DNA of 64,000 nt from Candidatus Binatia bacterium (lineage in GTDB: Bacteria > Desulfobacterota > Binatia > UBA9968 > CAXXLF01), in NCBI GenBank assembly GCA_963664015.2, contig CAXXLF010000002.1, positions 1,344,001 to 1,408,000 of the forward strand, read 5' to 3'. The notes beneath the pieces were generated by a model. It was not told the origin of the DNA. It saw only the letters and a list, made by a program, of their open reading frames with translations, and did no database searches. This document shows positions 42,800 through 54,219 of the stretch, one piece after another (within the stretch, counting starts at the first letter, position 1; each line of letters begins with the position of its first letter). The position numbers were made by a program, and so were the translations under genes.

Positions 42800-43378
42800 C
42801 TATTTATAACGTTTTTCTATCGCTAAATCAAGTGCGGTTTGTTCCCATAAGGAAAGATATCGAGCTGGGATTTCGGAAGATAAAAATAAAGGTGCCGACT
42901 GGTAGAAGTGGACTCCTTCGGCCCCAGCTGCCTCAGCCTCGATAACCAACACGGCGGGATCATGATCTCGTCTCCTTCCCACGGAAAGGGCGTCTTCCAC
43001 GGAATCGCTAAGGTGGACAAAGTGGCTTCCCGACGGCTTAAGACCGGTCTCCAATAGATATTAAGCCAGGTCTCGGGTGGTTCCATTATAGAGGTATAAA
43101 GGAGGGGGAGTTCTTTTATGTTCCAGATTAACGGGGAAGGAGTGACCATCGGTCGCGCGGACCAGACCATCGAGCAGCTCGAAGCGCATCTTATCCACGT
43201 CTTCGACCACGTTGAGGAGATCCGCCACTTGGGCATCGGGGAAACGGCCTTGAACCACCTCCAGCAATTGTGCCAGGGGGACAAATCCTCTTTCATCAAA
43301 GCTCAGGGGATAGTCCTGCGGCCGATGGCGGAGCAGAAAACTTAAAAAACGTAAAAGTCGTTCCGTGGGTACCATCAT
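42800..43378 (-). pseudogene. kptA: RNA 2'-phosphotransferase (KptA/Tpt1) pseudogene
   Basis: LSFLLRH, KMRF, RATDGHS, VHLS motifs in one frame interrupted by TAA at 43061-43063; LYNGT in place of LYHGT. Confidence 0.82.
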
Positions 43379-43440
43379 CGTAGATCTCGGGAATATGAAT
43401 TCGCCCTTGGCGAATCATCTTGATATCAGTTTGACTCCAG

Positions 43441-43806
43441 TTACTTCAAAATCCGCACTCCCGCAGGCCAAAGGACCAAGATGATGGCCTCACCCATAGC
43501 CCGGGGTGTATGAATCGACCCTGGGTCAAGATAGACAATATCCCCTTCGCTGTAAACCCCCGTTTCATCCTCGATCCCACCTTTGATGACGAGATAGAAT
43601 TCTCCACCCACGTGTTCATGGGTCAGAAAGGCGCTTGGATCGGCGTTGTCCGAAACGCGGTACAAGACGAGTTCGCTCTGACCTTCACGGGCCAGCCTGG
43701 CCATGGAAAGACCCATACCAAAATCCTTCCACGGGAGGGACTGGAGGGAATCCGGGTTAATTTCGAAATCAAGCAATCCCTTAAGCGAATGGTGCAACAA
43801 GGTCAT
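43441..43806 (-). CDS. ChrR-like cupin domain protein
   Basis: HEHVGGEFYLVIKG, GDIVYLDPGSIHTP. Confidence 0.85.
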   Translation of the reverse strand: MTLLHHSLKGLLDFEINPDSLQSLPWKDFGMGLSMARLAREGQSELVLYRVSDNADPSAFLTHEHVGGEFYLVIKGGIEDETGVYSEGDIVYLDPGSIHTPRAMGEAIILVLWPAGVRILK

Positions 43807-43932
43807 GGAAGTCAACCGGACCCCTTCTTATCACAGCTTAGCTCGTGAAAGGAAGCAGTCCGGATCGTTGGTCAACCATCGGGCTATTGATATTTCTAAA
43901 GAACGCGGCGCTGGGCCACTGATGAAAGACGA

Positions 43933-44397
43933 CTAAGCCGTCGTTTTCGCTTCGGTTTGCTTCTTGGGTTGGGTTTTCTTTGCCGCCGAACGCCTTCTAC
44001 GTCTGCCGCCGCCGGAAGGCGTCTCTTCCTTTGCCCCCTCGCCCTCGGGAAGGATCTCCACTACGGAAACGGGAGCATTGTCGCCCTTGCGCATTCCGAT
44101 CTTGACGGCGCGGGTATAGCCGCCAGGACGGTCTTTAAACCGGGGACCTAAGGAATCGAAGAGTTTGGCGACCACCGCCTTGTCCTGAATCACCGCCAGG
44201 GCCTGGCGCCGCGCATGCAGCCCTCCCCGCTTGCCAAGTCCAATCATCCAATCGACCCAGCCTCTGAGCTCCTTGGCCTTGGCATCGGTGGTCTCAATGC
44301 GGTCATGGCGCAGAAGCGACGTTACCAGGTTTCGCATCAGGGCCCGGCGATGGCTGGAGTTTCGGCTAAGCTGTCTTCCCTTTTTTAAATGACGCAT
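43933..44397 (-). CDS. rplQ: 50S ribosomal protein L17
   Basis: [24 protein letters not shown]. Confidence 0.98.
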   Translation of the reverse strand: MRHLKKGRQLSRNSSHRRALMRNLVTSLLRHDRIETTDAKAKELRGWVDWMIGLGKRGGLHARRQALAVIQDKAVVAKLFDSLGPRFKDRPGGYTRAVKIGMRKGDNAPVSVVEILPEGEGAKEETPSGGGRRRRRSAAKKTQPKKQTEAKTTA

Positions 44398-44400
44398 GAC

Positions 44401-45423
44401 CTATGCACTTTCTTTATGCTTGGTTTGGCGGCTGCTGTCTAGTTCCTCGCGGGTCGGGAAACTGTCCAGTTTCATTCCGATCTCAAGGCCCATGTCACGC
44501 AAGATCTCTTTGATCTCGTTTAAGGATTTCCGTCCGAAGTTTTTCGTTTTCAACATCTCCTGCTCGGTCTTTTGGACCAGCTCGCCGATATACCTGATAT
44601 CCGCGCTTTGCAGGCAGTTTTGAGAACGTACAGAAAACTCCAATTCATCGACGCTACGGAACAAGTTCTCGTTCAATGCGGTTGCTGCCGTCTCCTTGCG
44701 TGTTTCTGCCTCCTGCAGGTCTTCTTCAAAATTGATAAAGACGTTAACCTGATCCTGCAGGATCTTGGCGCCATAGGCCAGTGCATCCTCAGGCTTTACG
44801 CTTCCGTCGGTCCAGATTTCCAGGACCAAACGGTCGAAATCCGTTCTCTGCCCGACTCGAGCGTTGGTCACGTGAAAATTAGCCTTTCGGACTGGTGAAA
44901 AGACGGCATCCATAAAAATAGTTTCGACCGGGGCTTCTTCCTCTTTATTCCTCTCGCTGGGTACATAGCCCCGTCCCAATCGGGCTGTCATCTCCATCTC
45001 CAAGATGCCGCCCTTGGACAGAGTCGCAATAAACTGACCCGGATTGATCACCTCAACATTGGGTCCCGATTGGAGGTCCCCGGCTAGAATGGTCTTGGGG
45101 CCCGTGAGCTTCAACTTGAGGGTTTCCCGCTCTCCTTCGTGAAGTTTTAAACGCACTTGCTTGAGATTGAGAATGATATCGGTCACATCCTCGGTCACCC
45201 CGGGAATGGTGGAAAACTCGTGCAATGTGTTTTTAATGCGCACTGCCGTGATGGCCGCCCCCATGAGTGATGACAAGAGGATACGGCGCAGTGAGCTACC
45301 GATGGTCTCGCCATACCCCCTTTCAAAAGGCTCCCCGTAAAACTTGCCGTAGGTGGGAGTCAGGGTCTTATCGTCCGCCTCAAGTTTGGTGGGTTTGATC
45401 AGTTCAGTCCAATTTTTATTCAT
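44401..45423 (-). CDS. rpoA: RNA polymerase alpha subunit
   Basis: [34 protein letters not shown]. Confidence 0.99.
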   Translation of the reverse strand: MNKNWTELIKPTKLEADDKTLTPTYGKFYGEPFERGYGETIGSSLRRILLSSLMGAAITAVRIKNTLHEFSTIPGVTEDVTDIILNLKQVRLKLHEGERETLKLKLTGPKTILAGDLQSGPNVEVINPGQFIATLSKGGILEMEMTARLGRGYVPSERNKEEEAPVETIFMDAVFSPVRKANFHVTNARVGQRTDFDRLVLEIWTDGSVKPEDALAYGAKILQDQVNVFINFEEDLQEAETRKETAATALNENLFRSVDELEFSVRSQNCLQSADIRYIGELVQKTEQEMLKTKNFGRKSLNEIKEILRDMGLEIGMKLDSFPTREELDSSRQTKHKESA

Positions 45424-45444
45424 ATCGTCTCCATTTTGTGAAGA

Positions 45445-46071
45445 TCACTTTGAGTACAATTCGACAATCAGTTTTTCGTTGATGGGCGTAGTAATATCAT
45501 TGCGTGTGGGCAACACTTTCACCTTCCCAGCAAACGCTTCCGAATCCAAATCTGCCCACTCGGGCACACCCCGTCGCTGGGCTCCTTCGATAGCGGAAAG
45601 GACTCGCGTCATCTTCCGACTGTCTTCTCGGACCGAAACAACATCGCCAGCACGGACAAAATACGACGGAATTGTCACGCGCTTTCCGTTCACCTGAATA
45701 TGTCCGTGCCGAACCAGCATGCGGGCATCGGCGCGTGAGCTGGCAAAACTCATACGATAGGTCACGTTGTCCAAGCGTCTCTCTAAAAAACCCAGCAACG
45801 CCTCTCCGGTAATCGCCCTTGACCTTTCGGCCTTGGCAAAAGTGCTCCGGAACTGTTTTTCCAAAAGGCCATACATGCGCTTGACCTTTTGCTTCTCACG
45901 CAACTGGATCTTGTATTCTGAATACTTTTGCCTGGATTGACCATGCTGCCCGGGGGGATAGTTTCGGCGCTCGATAGCGCACTTATCCGTGTAGCACCTT
46001 TCCCCCTTCAAATAGAGCTTGAGGTTTTCACGGCGGCAAAGCCGACATACGGATCCTGTGTATCTAGCCAA
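45445..46071 (-). CDS. rpsD: 30S ribosomal protein S4
   Basis: [27 protein letters not shown]. Confidence 0.99.
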   Translation of the reverse strand: MARYTGSVCRLCRRENLKLYLKGERCYTDKCAIERRNYPPGQHGQSRQKYSEYKIQLREKQKVKRMYGLLEKQFRSTFAKAERSRAITGEALLGFLERRLDNVTYRMSFASSRADARMLVRHGHIQVNGKRVTIPSYFVRAGDVVSVREDSRKMTRVLSAIEGAQRRGVPEWADLDSEAFAGKVKVLPTRNDITTPINEKLIVELYSK

Positions 46072-46080
46072 TAGGTTCTC

Positions 46081-46117
46081 CTTTATCTTCTATCCTCGGT
46101 TTTCTAACTCCGATTTC
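46081..46117. repeat. Heptamer tract between rpsK and rpsD
   Basis: CTTTATC-TTCTATC-CTCGGTT-TTCTAAC-TCCGATT; resembles the complement of the GAGGATC family near 6.7 kb. Confidence 0.5.
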
Positions 46118-46561
46118 TCACACTCTTCTCCGCTTGGGAGGCCGACACCCGTTATGGGGGATTGGGGTTACGTCTTTGATCATACTGATGTGCAAGCCCC
46201 CCAGTTGCAATGACCGAAGCGCTGAGTCCCTACCGGCTCCGGGGCCCCGAACATAGACCTGTAACGCATGCATCCCATTGTTCATGGCCTTTTTTGCAGC
46301 GCTGTCGGCGGCGCGCTGGGCCGCGAAAGGCGTTCCCTTCCTAGATCCCTTGAACCCCATTGCACCGGCGCTGGACCAGGCAACGACGTTTCCCTGACCA
46401 TCGGTAATGGTCACAATTGTATTATTGAAGGTAGAGTGGATATGGGCTATCCCATCCCGGATGTTCTTCCTTCCTTTCTTCTTCTTGGCACTCTTGTCCC
46501 CGGTTTTCTCCGCCTCTGCCGGGGCAGTGCTTGTCTCGGCCTGTTTTTCTTCCTCTACCAT
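46118..46561 (-). CDS. rpsK: 30S ribosomal protein S11
   Basis: [33 protein letters not shown]. Confidence 0.99.
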   Translation of the reverse strand: MVEEEKQAETSTAPAEAEKTGDKSAKKKKGRKNIRDGIAHIHSTFNNTIVTITDGQGNVVAWSSAGAMGFKGSRKGTPFAAQRAADSAAKKAMNNGMHALQVYVRGPGAGRDSALRSLQLGGLHISMIKDVTPIPHNGCRPPKRRRV

Positions 46562-46625
46562 GTCTTCTCCTTAACAAAAACTTTCAGCTCAAAGCTTCAA
46601 CTCGATACGGGCTAGCTGGAGGCTC

Positions 46626-47009
46626 CTAACGTTTCGTCGGTGCTTGCTTCTTACCTGCCACCGTCTTGCGAGGCCCCCTACGGGTCCGCCCATTGGTATG
46701 GGTCCGCTGCCCTCGTACGGGCAAGCCTTTCCTGTGCCTCACACCGCGGTAAGAACGCATCTCCATGTGACGCTTGATGTCCCCTGCCACTTCGCGCCTC
46801 AAGTCCCCTTCAACCCTGATCCCTTGGTCAATCACTTTACGGATCTTGACCACATCATCGTCCGTTAAGTGATCGCTCTTAACATCGAGCCCGATGCCTG
46901 CTTGATGGAGAATCGAGCGCGACTGGCTTTTCCCTATGCCATAGATGTAGGTCAACGCGATCTCCATCCGTTTTGCCTTGGGTAAGTCTACCCCTACTAT
47001 ACGTGCCAT
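46626..47009 (-). CDS. rpsM: 30S ribosomal protein S13
   Basis: [27 protein letters not shown]. Confidence 0.99.
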   Translation of the reverse strand: MARIVGVDLPKAKRMEIALTYIYGIGKSQSRSILHQAGIGLDVKSDHLTDDDVVKIRKVIDQGIRVEGDLRREVAGDIKRHMEMRSYRGVRHRKGLPVRGQRTHTNGRTRRGPRKTVAGKKQAPTKR

Positions 47010-47020
47010 AAATCCTCCCG

Positions 47021-47097
47021 CGAATAGCAAATAGCCAATAGCGAATGGCTCCCCTCTTCTCCGCTATCCACTATTTGCTGTTTACTATTTGCCATTC
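47021..47097. repeat. Inverted heptamer-repeat stem between rpmJ and rpsM
   Basis: GCGAATA-GCAAATA-GCCAATA-GCGAATG, spacer, GCTATCC-ACTATTT-GCTGTTT-ACTATTT-GCCATTC. Confidence 0.85.
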
Positions 47098-47209
47098 AGC
47101 CTTGTCTCTGCTTGTGCCTGGGGTTGACACACTGAACTCGGACCACTCCCCGTCGGAGAATGACCTTACATTTGCTGCATATCTTTTTTACCGATGCTCT
47201 GACTTTCAT
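47096..47209 (-). CDS. rpmJ: 50S ribosomal protein L36 (Zn-binding form)
   Basis: Manual translation [37 protein letters not shown]; below the ORF-track length cutoff. Confidence 0.97.
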   Translation of the reverse strand: MKVRASVKKICSKCKVILRRGVVRVQCVNPRHKQRQG

Positions 47210-47287
47210 AATGAACTCGATTTTTCTGGTAACGCCTGGTACCCATCGCAATGACAACCCGTTACCGATTATTATTCTTTTGTTTTC

Positions 47288-47506
47288 CTATCGCTCCCTG
47301 TAAACAATTCTTCCCCGGGCCAGATCATAAGGTGACAATTCGATCTTCACCTTATCTCCCGGCAGTATTTTGATATAGTGCATCCGCATCTTGCCGGAGA
47401 TATGGGCCAGGACTTTATGTCCGTTTTCCAATTCTACCCGGAACATGGCGTTGGGAAGCGTCTCCAACACCGTACCGGTAACTTCAATAGCGTCTTGTTT
47501 GGGCAT
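47288..47506 (-). CDS. infA: Translation initiation factor IF-1
   Basis: [24 protein letters not shown]. Confidence 0.99.
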   Translation of the reverse strand: MPKQDAIEVTGTVLETLPNAMFRVELENGHKVLAHISGKMRMHYIKILPGDKVKIELSPYDLARGRIVYRER

Positions 47507-47513
47507 AACTAGT

Positions 47514-47592
47514 TAGCAAATAGCGAACAGCCGATAGTGGGAAGGTTGCTCCTTACGCCTATCAACTACTCGCCGTATGCCATTCACCATTC
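47514..47592. repeat. Inverted heptamer-repeat stem between map and infA
   Basis: GCAAATA-GCGAACA-GCCGATA, spacer, CCTATCA-ACTACTC-GCCGTAT-GCCATTC-ACCATTC. Confidence 0.75.
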
Positions 47593-48351
47593 CTAAATCC
47601 GGCTCAATATCTCCGGTCCGTTCTTTGTTATAGCCACCGAATGTTCAAAATGGGCAGCTAGGCTGCCATCCTTTGTGACCGCGGTCCAACCGTCTTCCTT
47701 GAGCTCGACCGCAGCGGCTCCCGCATTGACCATGGGCTCGATGGCCAAGACCATACCCTCCATCAACCGGGGGCCCCTTCCCGATTCACCGTAATTGGGG
47801 ATCGGGGGCTCTTCGTGGAGCTTTTTACCAATTCCATGACCGACAAATTCCCGTACCACCGAGAATCCCGCATCCTCAACTAACTTTTGAATTGCCGACG
47901 AGAGATCGCCCAACCTGTTACCCTCCCGTAACTCTTCAATGCCTCGGTAAAGGGAATCCCGCGTAACGTCCATGAGCCGCTGGGTACTATCGCTGATCTT
48001 TCCTACGGCAACGGTAACAGCCGAATCGCCATAGAAGCCCTCGTGAATCACTCCAAAGTCAAGTCCAACAATGTCCCCTTCTTCCAACACCCTGTCCGAA
48101 GGCATTCCGTGGACGACCTCCTCGTTCACCGAGGCGCAAAGCGTGTAGGGGTAGACCCGCCCTGCCACCGCGTACCCCTTAAATGCGGGCTTAGCCTTTT
48201 TCTTATACGTCAACTCCTCCGACAGGGCATCCAGTTCCAACGTCGTTATCCCTGGAGCAACTTTAGCCTTAAGCTCTGCTAGAATCTCGGCGACAATCCT
48301 GTTGGCTTGCCGCATAATTGCGATTTCTCTGGCCGACTTTATGAAGATCAT
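47593..48351 (-). CDS. map: Methionine aminopeptidase type I
   Basis: SVNEEVVHG, GHGIG, HEEP, AIEPM, HFEH. Confidence 0.98.
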   Translation of the reverse strand: MIFIKSAREIAIMRQANRIVAEILAELKAKVAPGITTLELDALSEELTYKKKAKPAFKGYAVAGRVYPYTLCASVNEEVVHGMPSDRVLEEGDIVGLDFGVIHEGFYGDSAVTVAVGKISDSTQRLMDVTRDSLYRGIEELREGNRLGDLSSAIQKLVEDAGFSVVREFVGHGIGKKLHEEPPIPNYGESGRGPRLMEGMVLAIEPMVNAGAAAVELKEDGWTAVTKDGSLAAHFEHSVAITKNGPEILSRI

Positions 48352-49013
48352 CTCCCCTCGAGTTCGAGCGCTTGAAAGACGCAATTTCTAATCGCTTCGA
48401 CCCCCCCCACACCGTCGATTTCCCGCAACAGTCCCTGCGATCGGTAATATTCGATCAACGGGGAGGTCTGTCTTTCGTACACTTTCAACCTGGCGGCAAT
48501 GGTCTCTTCCCGATCATCGTCCCGTTGAAAGAGCTCTGCCTTACAGCGATCACAGACACTGGGATGGACCGGAGGACTCAATACCCGGTGATACAGGGCA
48601 CCACACTTCGTGCAGGTCCGTCGACCGGCCAACCTTTGGATGGTTGTTTCGCGGGGAACATTGACGTACAGAACGTGGTCCAGCGGGCGATCGATCTTTT
48701 CCAAGTTCTCCCTCAACCCCTCTGCTTGAGGCGTTGTACGAGGAAATCCATCCAGGATGAATCCGTTGGTACAGTACTTGTCGGACAATCGTTGGGCAAT
48801 CATATTTAACACGAGAGTATCGGGAACCAATTCACCTTTTGTAATATACTGGCCTGCCTCTTGACCCAACGGGGTCTGGTCCGCCACGGACTTTCTCAGG
48901 ATGTCTCCCGTGGAGACGTGGGGGATCTTGGCTCGCTCGCAAACAAACTTGGCCTGAGTTCCCTTGCCCGCCCCGGGAGGTCCCAACAGGACCAAACGTA
49001 GACTTTCCCCCAA
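48348..49013 (-). CDS. adk: Adenylate kinase (Zn-lid type)
   Basis: GPPGAGKGTQ, STGDILR, LDGFPRT, CTKC...CDRC. Confidence 0.98.
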   Translation of the reverse strand: MGESLRLVLLGPPGAGKGTQAKFVCERAKIPHVSTGDILRKSVADQTPLGQEAGQYITKGELVPDTLVLNMIAQRLSDKYCTNGFILDGFPRTTPQAEGLRENLEKIDRPLDHVLYVNVPRETTIQRLAGRRTCTKCGALYHRVLSPPVHPSVCDRCKAELFQRDDDREETIAARLKVYERQTSPLIEYYRSQGLLREIDGVGGVEAIRNCVFQALELEGR

Positions 49014-49022
49014 TCAAGCCTC

Positions 49023-50333
49023 CTACCCCTTCCTTCCTCGGAGACGACCTCGCTTCATAAACCCTTCATAGTTCCGAGAGATCAAATGGGTTTCGGCCTG
49101 AGCTACCGTATCCAAGGCAACACCCACGACTATGAGAAGTGCTGTACCCCCAAAGAAAAATGGGACGTTGAATTGGCTTATAAGCAGAGTCGGCAACAGC
49201 GCAACCGCCGAGAGATAAATGGCGCCGCTTAACGTAATCTTGGAAAGCACCCGATCGATAAAGTCGGCGGTTTTCTGTCCTGGTCGAATGCCTGGGATAT
49301 ACCCCCCGGCCTTTCGCATGTTCTCAGCCACATCCACCGGATTAAAAACTACAGCCGTATAAAAATAACAGAAGAAAATGATCAGGACGACGTATAGAAC
49401 ATTGTTGAGCCATTCCCCGGGAGCCAAATAGACGGCCGCAGACTGAGCCCAGGGGTGTTGGATAAACTGGGCAATCGTGGCCGGGAAAATCAGTACCGAT
49501 GAGGCGAAGATAACGGGAATGACGCCCGCCGTATTGATTTTGAGCGGCAGATGGGAGGTCTGCCCGCCATACATCTTGCGTCCTACGACACGCTTGGCGT
49601 ACTGAACCGGGATTCGTCTCTGACCGCGTTCAACGAAAATGATAAATCCGACCACAGCCACTACGATCACTACGATAAAGAGAACCATCAAAGGCATGAG
49701 CTCTCCCTCTCGAACGAACTGAATCGTGGAGGTGATCCCTGAAGGCAACCGTGCTACGATACCCGCAAAGATAATGAGAGAGATACCGTTGCCGATGCCT
49801 CGCTCTGTTATTTGCTCTCCCAACCACATGATAAATGCCGTTCCCGACGTAAGCGTAATGACCGTCATCAGACGAAATGGCCAACCGGGATCCAAGACGA
49901 TGGCTTCACCGCCCGGCCCCCGGCTACTTTCCAGTCCGATACTCATCATCAGCCCCTGAATAACCGCAAGAACGATGGTTCCGTAGCGGGTATACTGGGT
50001 AATCTTCCTTCGACCAACCTCCCCTTCTTTGGATAGCCGTTCCAGATAAGGAAAAACAACGGTCAGCAGCTGCAAGATGATCGACGCACTGATGTAGGGC
50101 ATAATGCCCAGCGCAAAAACCGAAAACTGCTCAAAGGCCCCGCCAGAAAAGAGATTGACGAGCCCAAAGATCGTATTTTCAACCGAGGCAAAAAATGCGG
50201 CCAGCGCCTGGCGGTCAATGCCCGGCGTCGGAACGGCCACCCCCAACCGGTAAACGGCTAGCATGGCCAGAGTAAAGAAGATCCGCCGCCGCAGCTCCGG
50301 TACTCTGCTGGCGTTTCGAAAACCTTCAATCAT
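49023..50333 (-). CDS. secY: Preprotein translocase SecY
   Basis: [36 protein letters not shown]. Confidence 0.99.
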   Translation of the reverse strand: MIEGFRNASRVPELRRRIFFTLAMLAVYRLGVAVPTPGIDRQALAAFFASVENTIFGLVNLFSGGAFEQFSVFALGIMPYISASIILQLLTVVFPYLERLSKEGEVGRRKITQYTRYGTIVLAVIQGLMMSIGLESSRGPGGEAIVLDPGWPFRLMTVITLTSGTAFIMWLGEQITERGIGNGISLIIFAGIVARLPSGITSTIQFVREGELMPLMVLFIVVIVVAVVGFIIFVERGQRRIPVQYAKRVVGRKMYGGQTSHLPLKINTAGVIPVIFASSVLIFPATIAQFIQHPWAQSAAVYLAPGEWLNNVLYVVLIIFFCYFYTAVVFNPVDVAENMRKAGGYIPGIRPGQKTADFIDRVLSKITLSGAIYLSAVALLPTLLISQFNVPFFFGGTALLIVVGVALDTVAQAETHLISRNYEGFMKRGRLRGRKG

Positions 50334-50772
50334 TGGGAAGCGCTTCTACCCGTCCGCCCGCGGCTTCGATCTTTTCTTTAGCCTTGCTGGAAAAATGATG
50401 GGCTTTAACCGTCAGAGCCTTGCCCAAGCTTCCCTCGCCCAAAATTTTGAGTGCGGTCTTCTTCTTCACCCAACCCCGGGAATACAACATTTCGGGTGAG
50501 ACTTCCGTTCCCGCCTCAAGACTCTCCAACTGGCCCACATTCACCAATGCGAATTTTTTCTTAAAGGGATTGTGAAACCCCCTCTTTGGGAGACGCCGCT
50601 GGAGGGGCATCTGGCCCCCTTCGAAACCGGGCCTGGGCCCTCCACCGGCCCGGGCCCCCTGGCCTTTGTGCCCACGGCCCGAGGTTTTCCCGTGTCCGGA
50701 ACTTTCTCCGCGCCCCACGATCTTCTTCGGCCTGCGTGACTTGGGATGAGGCGACATATCACTCAAATCCAT
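50326..50772 (-). CDS. rplO: 50S ribosomal protein L15
   Basis: [28 protein letters not shown]. Confidence 0.98.
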   Translation of the reverse strand: MDLSDMSPHPKSRRPKKIVGRGESSGHGKTSGRGHKGQGARAGGGPRPGFEGGQMPLQRRLPKRGFHNPFKKKFALVNVGQLESLEAGTEVSPEMLYSRGWVKKKTALKILGEGSLGKALTVKAHHFSSKAKEKIEAAGGRVEALPND

Positions 50773-50785
50773 ATGCACACTTCCT

Positions 50786-51283
50786 TTAGCGGATCTCCGA
50801 TAGTACCTTGCCCCTCAAGCTGGCGATCTCGTCCGGTGACTTGAGCTCCTTGAGGGCTTCAAGGGTTGCCTTGACCATGTTATGGGGGTTGCGGGATCCG
50901 ATGCACTTGGTCAGAGCATTCTGAATTCCCGCTGCCTCGACCACCGCCCGGACACCACCGCCGGCGATTACGCCAGTCCCCTCGGAAGCCGGTTTGAGCA
51001 TGACGTAACCTGCGCCGAACCGACCGGAAACCTCAAAAGGTATAGTTCCATCGATAATAGGGACCCGGATGAGACTCTTCTTGGCCTGGTCCACACCTTT
51101 TCGAATGGCCTCTGGAACCTCACCGGCCTTGCCCATACCGAACCCCACATGCGCTTGACCGTCGCCCACTACCACCAGTGCGCTAAAACTAAATCGTCTT
51201 CCACCTTTGACCACTTTGGCCACGCGGTTGATGTGGACGACCTTCTCTCTTAAATCCATGCCTTGCGGATCAATGCGTTCCAA
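50786..51283 (-). CDS. rpsE: 30S ribosomal protein S5
   Basis: [22 protein letters not shown]. Confidence 0.99.
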   Translation of the reverse strand: MERIDPQGMDLREKVVHINRVAKVVKGGRRFSFSALVVVGDGQAHVGFGMGKAGEVPEAIRKGVDQAKKSLIRVPIIDGTIPFEVSGRFGAGYVMLKPASEGTGVIAGGGVRAVVEAAGIQNALTKCIGSRNPHNMVKATLEALKELKSPDEIASLRGKVLSEIR

Positions 51284-51294
51284 AGGTCCTCCTG

Positions 51295-51660
51295 TTAGAA
51301 TTGTAACCCGCCCTCTCGGGCGGCATCGGCCAGAGCCTTGACACGACCGTGATAGAGAAATCCGTTACGGTCAAACACGACCTTGCTAATTCCCTGCTCC
51401 TTACAGATCTGTGCCAGTAGAGCACCGACCTGCTTGGCCGCCTCCAAGCCCTTGACGCTTTTCGGAGCGGCCTTGAATTCTTTCGATAGGGTCGACGTGG
51501 CTACCAAGGTAGCCCCCTTCTCGTCGGAAATAACCTGAACGTAGATCTGCTTTTGGCTTCGGAAGACACACACCCGGGGGCAGCTGTCTGTTCCCACGAC
51601 CTTTCGGCGGATCTTTTTTTGCCTTCGTCGGCGACCCAAATCTCTCTGATAGCTCAACAT
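51295..51660 (-). CDS. rplR: 50S ribosomal protein L18
   Basis: [30 protein letters not shown]. Confidence 0.98.
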   Translation of the reverse strand: MLSYQRDLGRRRRQKKIRRKVVGTDSCPRVCVFRSQKQIYVQVISDEKGATLVATSTLSKEFKAAPKSVKGLEAAKQVGALLAQICKEQGISKVVFDRNGFLYHGRVKALADAAREGGLQF

Positions 51661-51706
51661 GACAGTTCTCTCTTAACCTCGCGCCATTACAAACAGGGCC
51701 GATCGG

Positions 51707-52252
51707 TTAACCCGAAGACCCCACGGCTTTGCCTGCCTTTCGGCGGATGACTTCTTCCTGATACTTGATGCCTTTGCCCTTGTAGGGTTCCGGGGACCTG
51801 AGCTGGCGAATCCGGGCCGCCGTCTCGCCCAGTAGCTGTTTATCGCAGGAATCCAGCGTGACGACCGTCTGCCGATCGACCTTCGCACCAACTCCCTTGG
51901 GCAACGGAAATTCGATCGGGTGTGAATAGCCAAGGGTGAGATTCAGGTTCCCCCCTTTCACTTCCGCTCGATATCCAACACCGTTGATCTCCAGAATCCG
52001 CGTGAAACCCTCGCTGACCCCGGTGACCATGTTACCGATGAGTTTACGGGTTAGTCCATGCATAGCCCGGTTATCCGGCGTATCCGATTCGCGACCGACT
52101 TTGAGTTCCTTCCCTTCCATCTTGACCCAAATATTTGACGGGATACTGCCGCTCAAATTACCCTTGGGACCCTCCACACTGATAGCTCCCGGATCTACCT
52201 TGATCCGGACACTGTCGGGAATTGATAATGGAACTTTTCCTACGCGAGACAT
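51707..52252 (-). CDS. rplF: 50S ribosomal protein L6
   Basis: MSRVGK, GVGYRA, PEPYKGKGI. Confidence 0.99.
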   Translation of the reverse strand: MSRVGKVPLSIPDSVRIKVDPGAISVEGPKGNLSGSIPSNIWVKMEGKELKVGRESDTPDNRAMHGLTRKLIGNMVTGVSEGFTRILEINGVGYRAEVKGGNLNLTLGYSHPIEFPLPKGVGAKVDRQTVVTLDSCDKQLLGETAARIRQLRSPEPYKGKGIKYQEEVIRRKAGKAVGSSG

Positions 52253-52270
52253 AATAACGGTCCCTCAATT

Positions 52271-52675
52271 CTACCAGACGGAACAGATCACCTCTCCGCC
52301 TACGCCTTCCTTCTGCGCTTTGCGATCCACGAGCAGTCCCTTAGGAGTCGAAATTACATTTATCCCGAGCCCTCTACGTACAGGTGGAATCTTCTTGCTC
52401 CTCACGTATACCCTGCGTCCGGGGCGGCTGACACGTTGAATTCCCAAAATCACGGGATTGTCGCTTTTGTCAAACTTGAGCTGGATCCGTAATACCTCTC
52501 CCACCTTATCTTGGGACTTGCCCTTTTTGACTTCTTGCAGGTATCCCTCTTCCGTAAGTACCCGGCTGAGATTTTCCTTGAGCCGTGACCAGGGCACTTC
52601 GACTTCCCGGTGGTGCGCTCGGCCCCCGTTACGGATCCGGGTTAGCATGTCAGCAATTGGATCTGTCATCGACAT
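52271..52675 (-). CDS. rpsH: 30S ribosomal protein S8
   Basis: MTDPIADMLTRIRN, SRPGRRVY, STPKG, GGEVIC. Confidence 0.99.
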   Translation of the reverse strand: MSMTDPIADMLTRIRNGGRAHHREVEVPWSRLKENLSRVLTEEGYLQEVKKGKSQDKVGEVLRIQLKFDKSDNPVILGIQRVSRPGRRVYVRSKKIPPVRRGLGINVISTPKGLLVDRKAQKEGVGGEVICSVW

Positions 52676-52691
52676 AATTTTCCCTCTACAG

Positions 52692-52877
52692 TTACCAGCT
52701 CGCCTTGATGAGCCCTGGGATCTCTCCTTTGCGCGCTCGATCTCTAAGGCAGATACGGCACATCCGAAAGCGGCGGTAAAATGCCCGCGGGCGACCACAA
52801 AGGGGGCATCGGTTATACCCCCTGACCTTAAACTTGGGTGTTGCCTCGGCTTTGATCCGAAGACACTTCTTAGCCAT
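52692..52877 (-). CDS. rpsN: 30S ribosomal protein S14 type Z
   Basis: [15 protein letters not shown]; 61 aa. Confidence 0.98.
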   Translation of the reverse strand: MAKKCLRIKAEATPKFKVRGYNRCPLCGRPRAFYRRFRMCRICLRDRARKGEIPGLIKASW

Positions 52878-53433
52878 GATTTTCCTTTATCTCCTCTTTA
52901 GCAAAGGGCAAACCCAAATGGGTCAAGAGCGCCTGCACTTCGTTCTCTGTTTTAGCCGTCGTCACGATAGAAACCGTCATCCCATGAACTTTATCGACCG
53001 TGTCCACTCCGATCTCGGGAAACATGACTTGCTCCCGGATCCCCAATGAAAAGCTACCCTTACCACCGAGGGAGCGCTTCGAGAGCCCCCGGAAGTCACG
53101 CACCTGAGGTAGAGCTACATGGATCAGGCGATCTAAAAACTCGTACATTCGCTCTCTTCTCAGCGTGACCATGCAGCCGATGGGACTCCCCTTGCGCAGC
53201 TTGAAGTTGGAGATATCTTTTTTGGCCCGGGTCACCACCGGTTTCTGTCCACTGATGGCACGCATTTCGGCCACCGCCGTATCCAGGAGCTTGCTGTTCT
53301 GAAGGGCCTCCCCCATGCTTACATTCAGGCTAATTTTCTCGAGTCTCGGCACCTGGTGAAAATTCTTGTAGCCGAACTCTTTCATCATGGCTGGAACCAC
53401 TTCATCCTGATACTTTTGTTTTAAATCTGCCAT
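52870..53433 (-). CDS. rplE: 50S ribosomal protein L5
   Basis: ISGQKP, FKLRKG, VTLRR, RDFRG. Confidence 0.99.
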   Translation of the reverse strand: MADLKQKYQDEVVPAMMKEFGYKNFHQVPRLEKISLNVSMGEALQNSKLLDTAVAEMRAISGQKPVVTRAKKDISNFKLRKGSPIGCMVTLRRERMYEFLDRLIHVALPQVRDFRGLSKRSLGGKGSFSLGIREQVMFPEIGVDTVDKVHGMTVSIVTTAKTENEVQALLTHLGLPFAKEEIKENHG

Positions 53434-53508
53434 TACGAACCCTTGTTAAACCAGTTTAAGCAGCGAACCCGGTCCATGGACCGTCCAGAACTCCCTGTTC
53501 ACCACACC

Positions 53509-53826
53509 CTAATCGAGGGACTCATTGCAGCGGCGACAGATCCGAGTTTTTTTACCATCAGCCAGTGTCTTGTGACCCATACGCACCGGGGCGTTGCACT
53601 TGTCACACATCATCATCAGGTTCGAGAGATGAATGGAGGCTTCCTTCTCTACGATTCCTCCCGGCTGCTGCGGCCCCCGCGGCCGCGTGTGCCGCTTGAC
53701 CATATTAAGCCTCTCGATGATAGCCCTATGCTTTTCCGGAACAACCTTCAAGACCTTTCCCGTGGACCCCCGCTCCTTACCAGCAATGACCATGACACTG
53801 TCATTTTTACGTATATGCAAAGCCAT
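53509..53826 (-). CDS. rplX: 50S ribosomal protein L24
   Basis: VIAGKERG, GGIVEKEASIHLSN. Confidence 0.98.
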   Translation of the reverse strand: MALHIRKNDSVMVIAGKERGSTGKVLKVVPEKHRAIIERLNMVKRHTRPRGPQQPGGIVEKEASIHLSNLMMMCDKCNAPVRMGHKTLADGKKTRICRRCNESLD

Positions 53827-53827
53827 G

Positions 53828-54196
53828 TTAAATCACCTCAGGCGCCAGGGATATAATCTTCATAAACTTCTTTGCTCGAAGCTCACGTGCCACGGGCCCA
53901 AAGATACGCGTTCCCACGGGCTCCCGCTGGTTGTCTATGAGCACCGCCGAGTTGTTGTCGAACCGAATGTAGCTTCCTTCGGGACGACCCACCTCCTTGG
54001 CAGTCCGAACAACCACGGCTTTCATAACAGCCCCCTTCTTAACCTTTGAATTAGGAATGGCCTCCTTGATGGAAACCACGATGATGTCACCGATGGAAGC
54101 ATACCTACGTTTGCTCCCACCCAGCACTCGAATGCATTGGACCCGTCGGGCTCCCGAATTGTCAGCAACGTCCAGTACTGTGCTCACTTGAACCAT
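53828..54196 (-). CDS. rplN: 50S ribosomal protein L14
   Basis: [26 protein letters not shown]. Confidence 0.99.
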   Translation of the reverse strand: MVQVSTVLDVADNSGARRVQCIRVLGGSKRRYASIGDIIVVSIKEAIPNSKVKKGAVMKAVVVRTAKEVGRPEGSYIRFDNNSAVLIDNQREPVGTRIFGPVARELRAKKFMKIISLAPEVI

Positions 54197-54219
54197 CATT
54201 CCACCTCATCACAAATAGC

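Noticed and set aside
43835-43870. GAAAGGAAGCAG resembling SRP RNA (ffs) domain IV
   Set aside because: The 5' side lacks CAGG-TCC and does not pair to form the GNRA-capped helix; no long enclosing stem.
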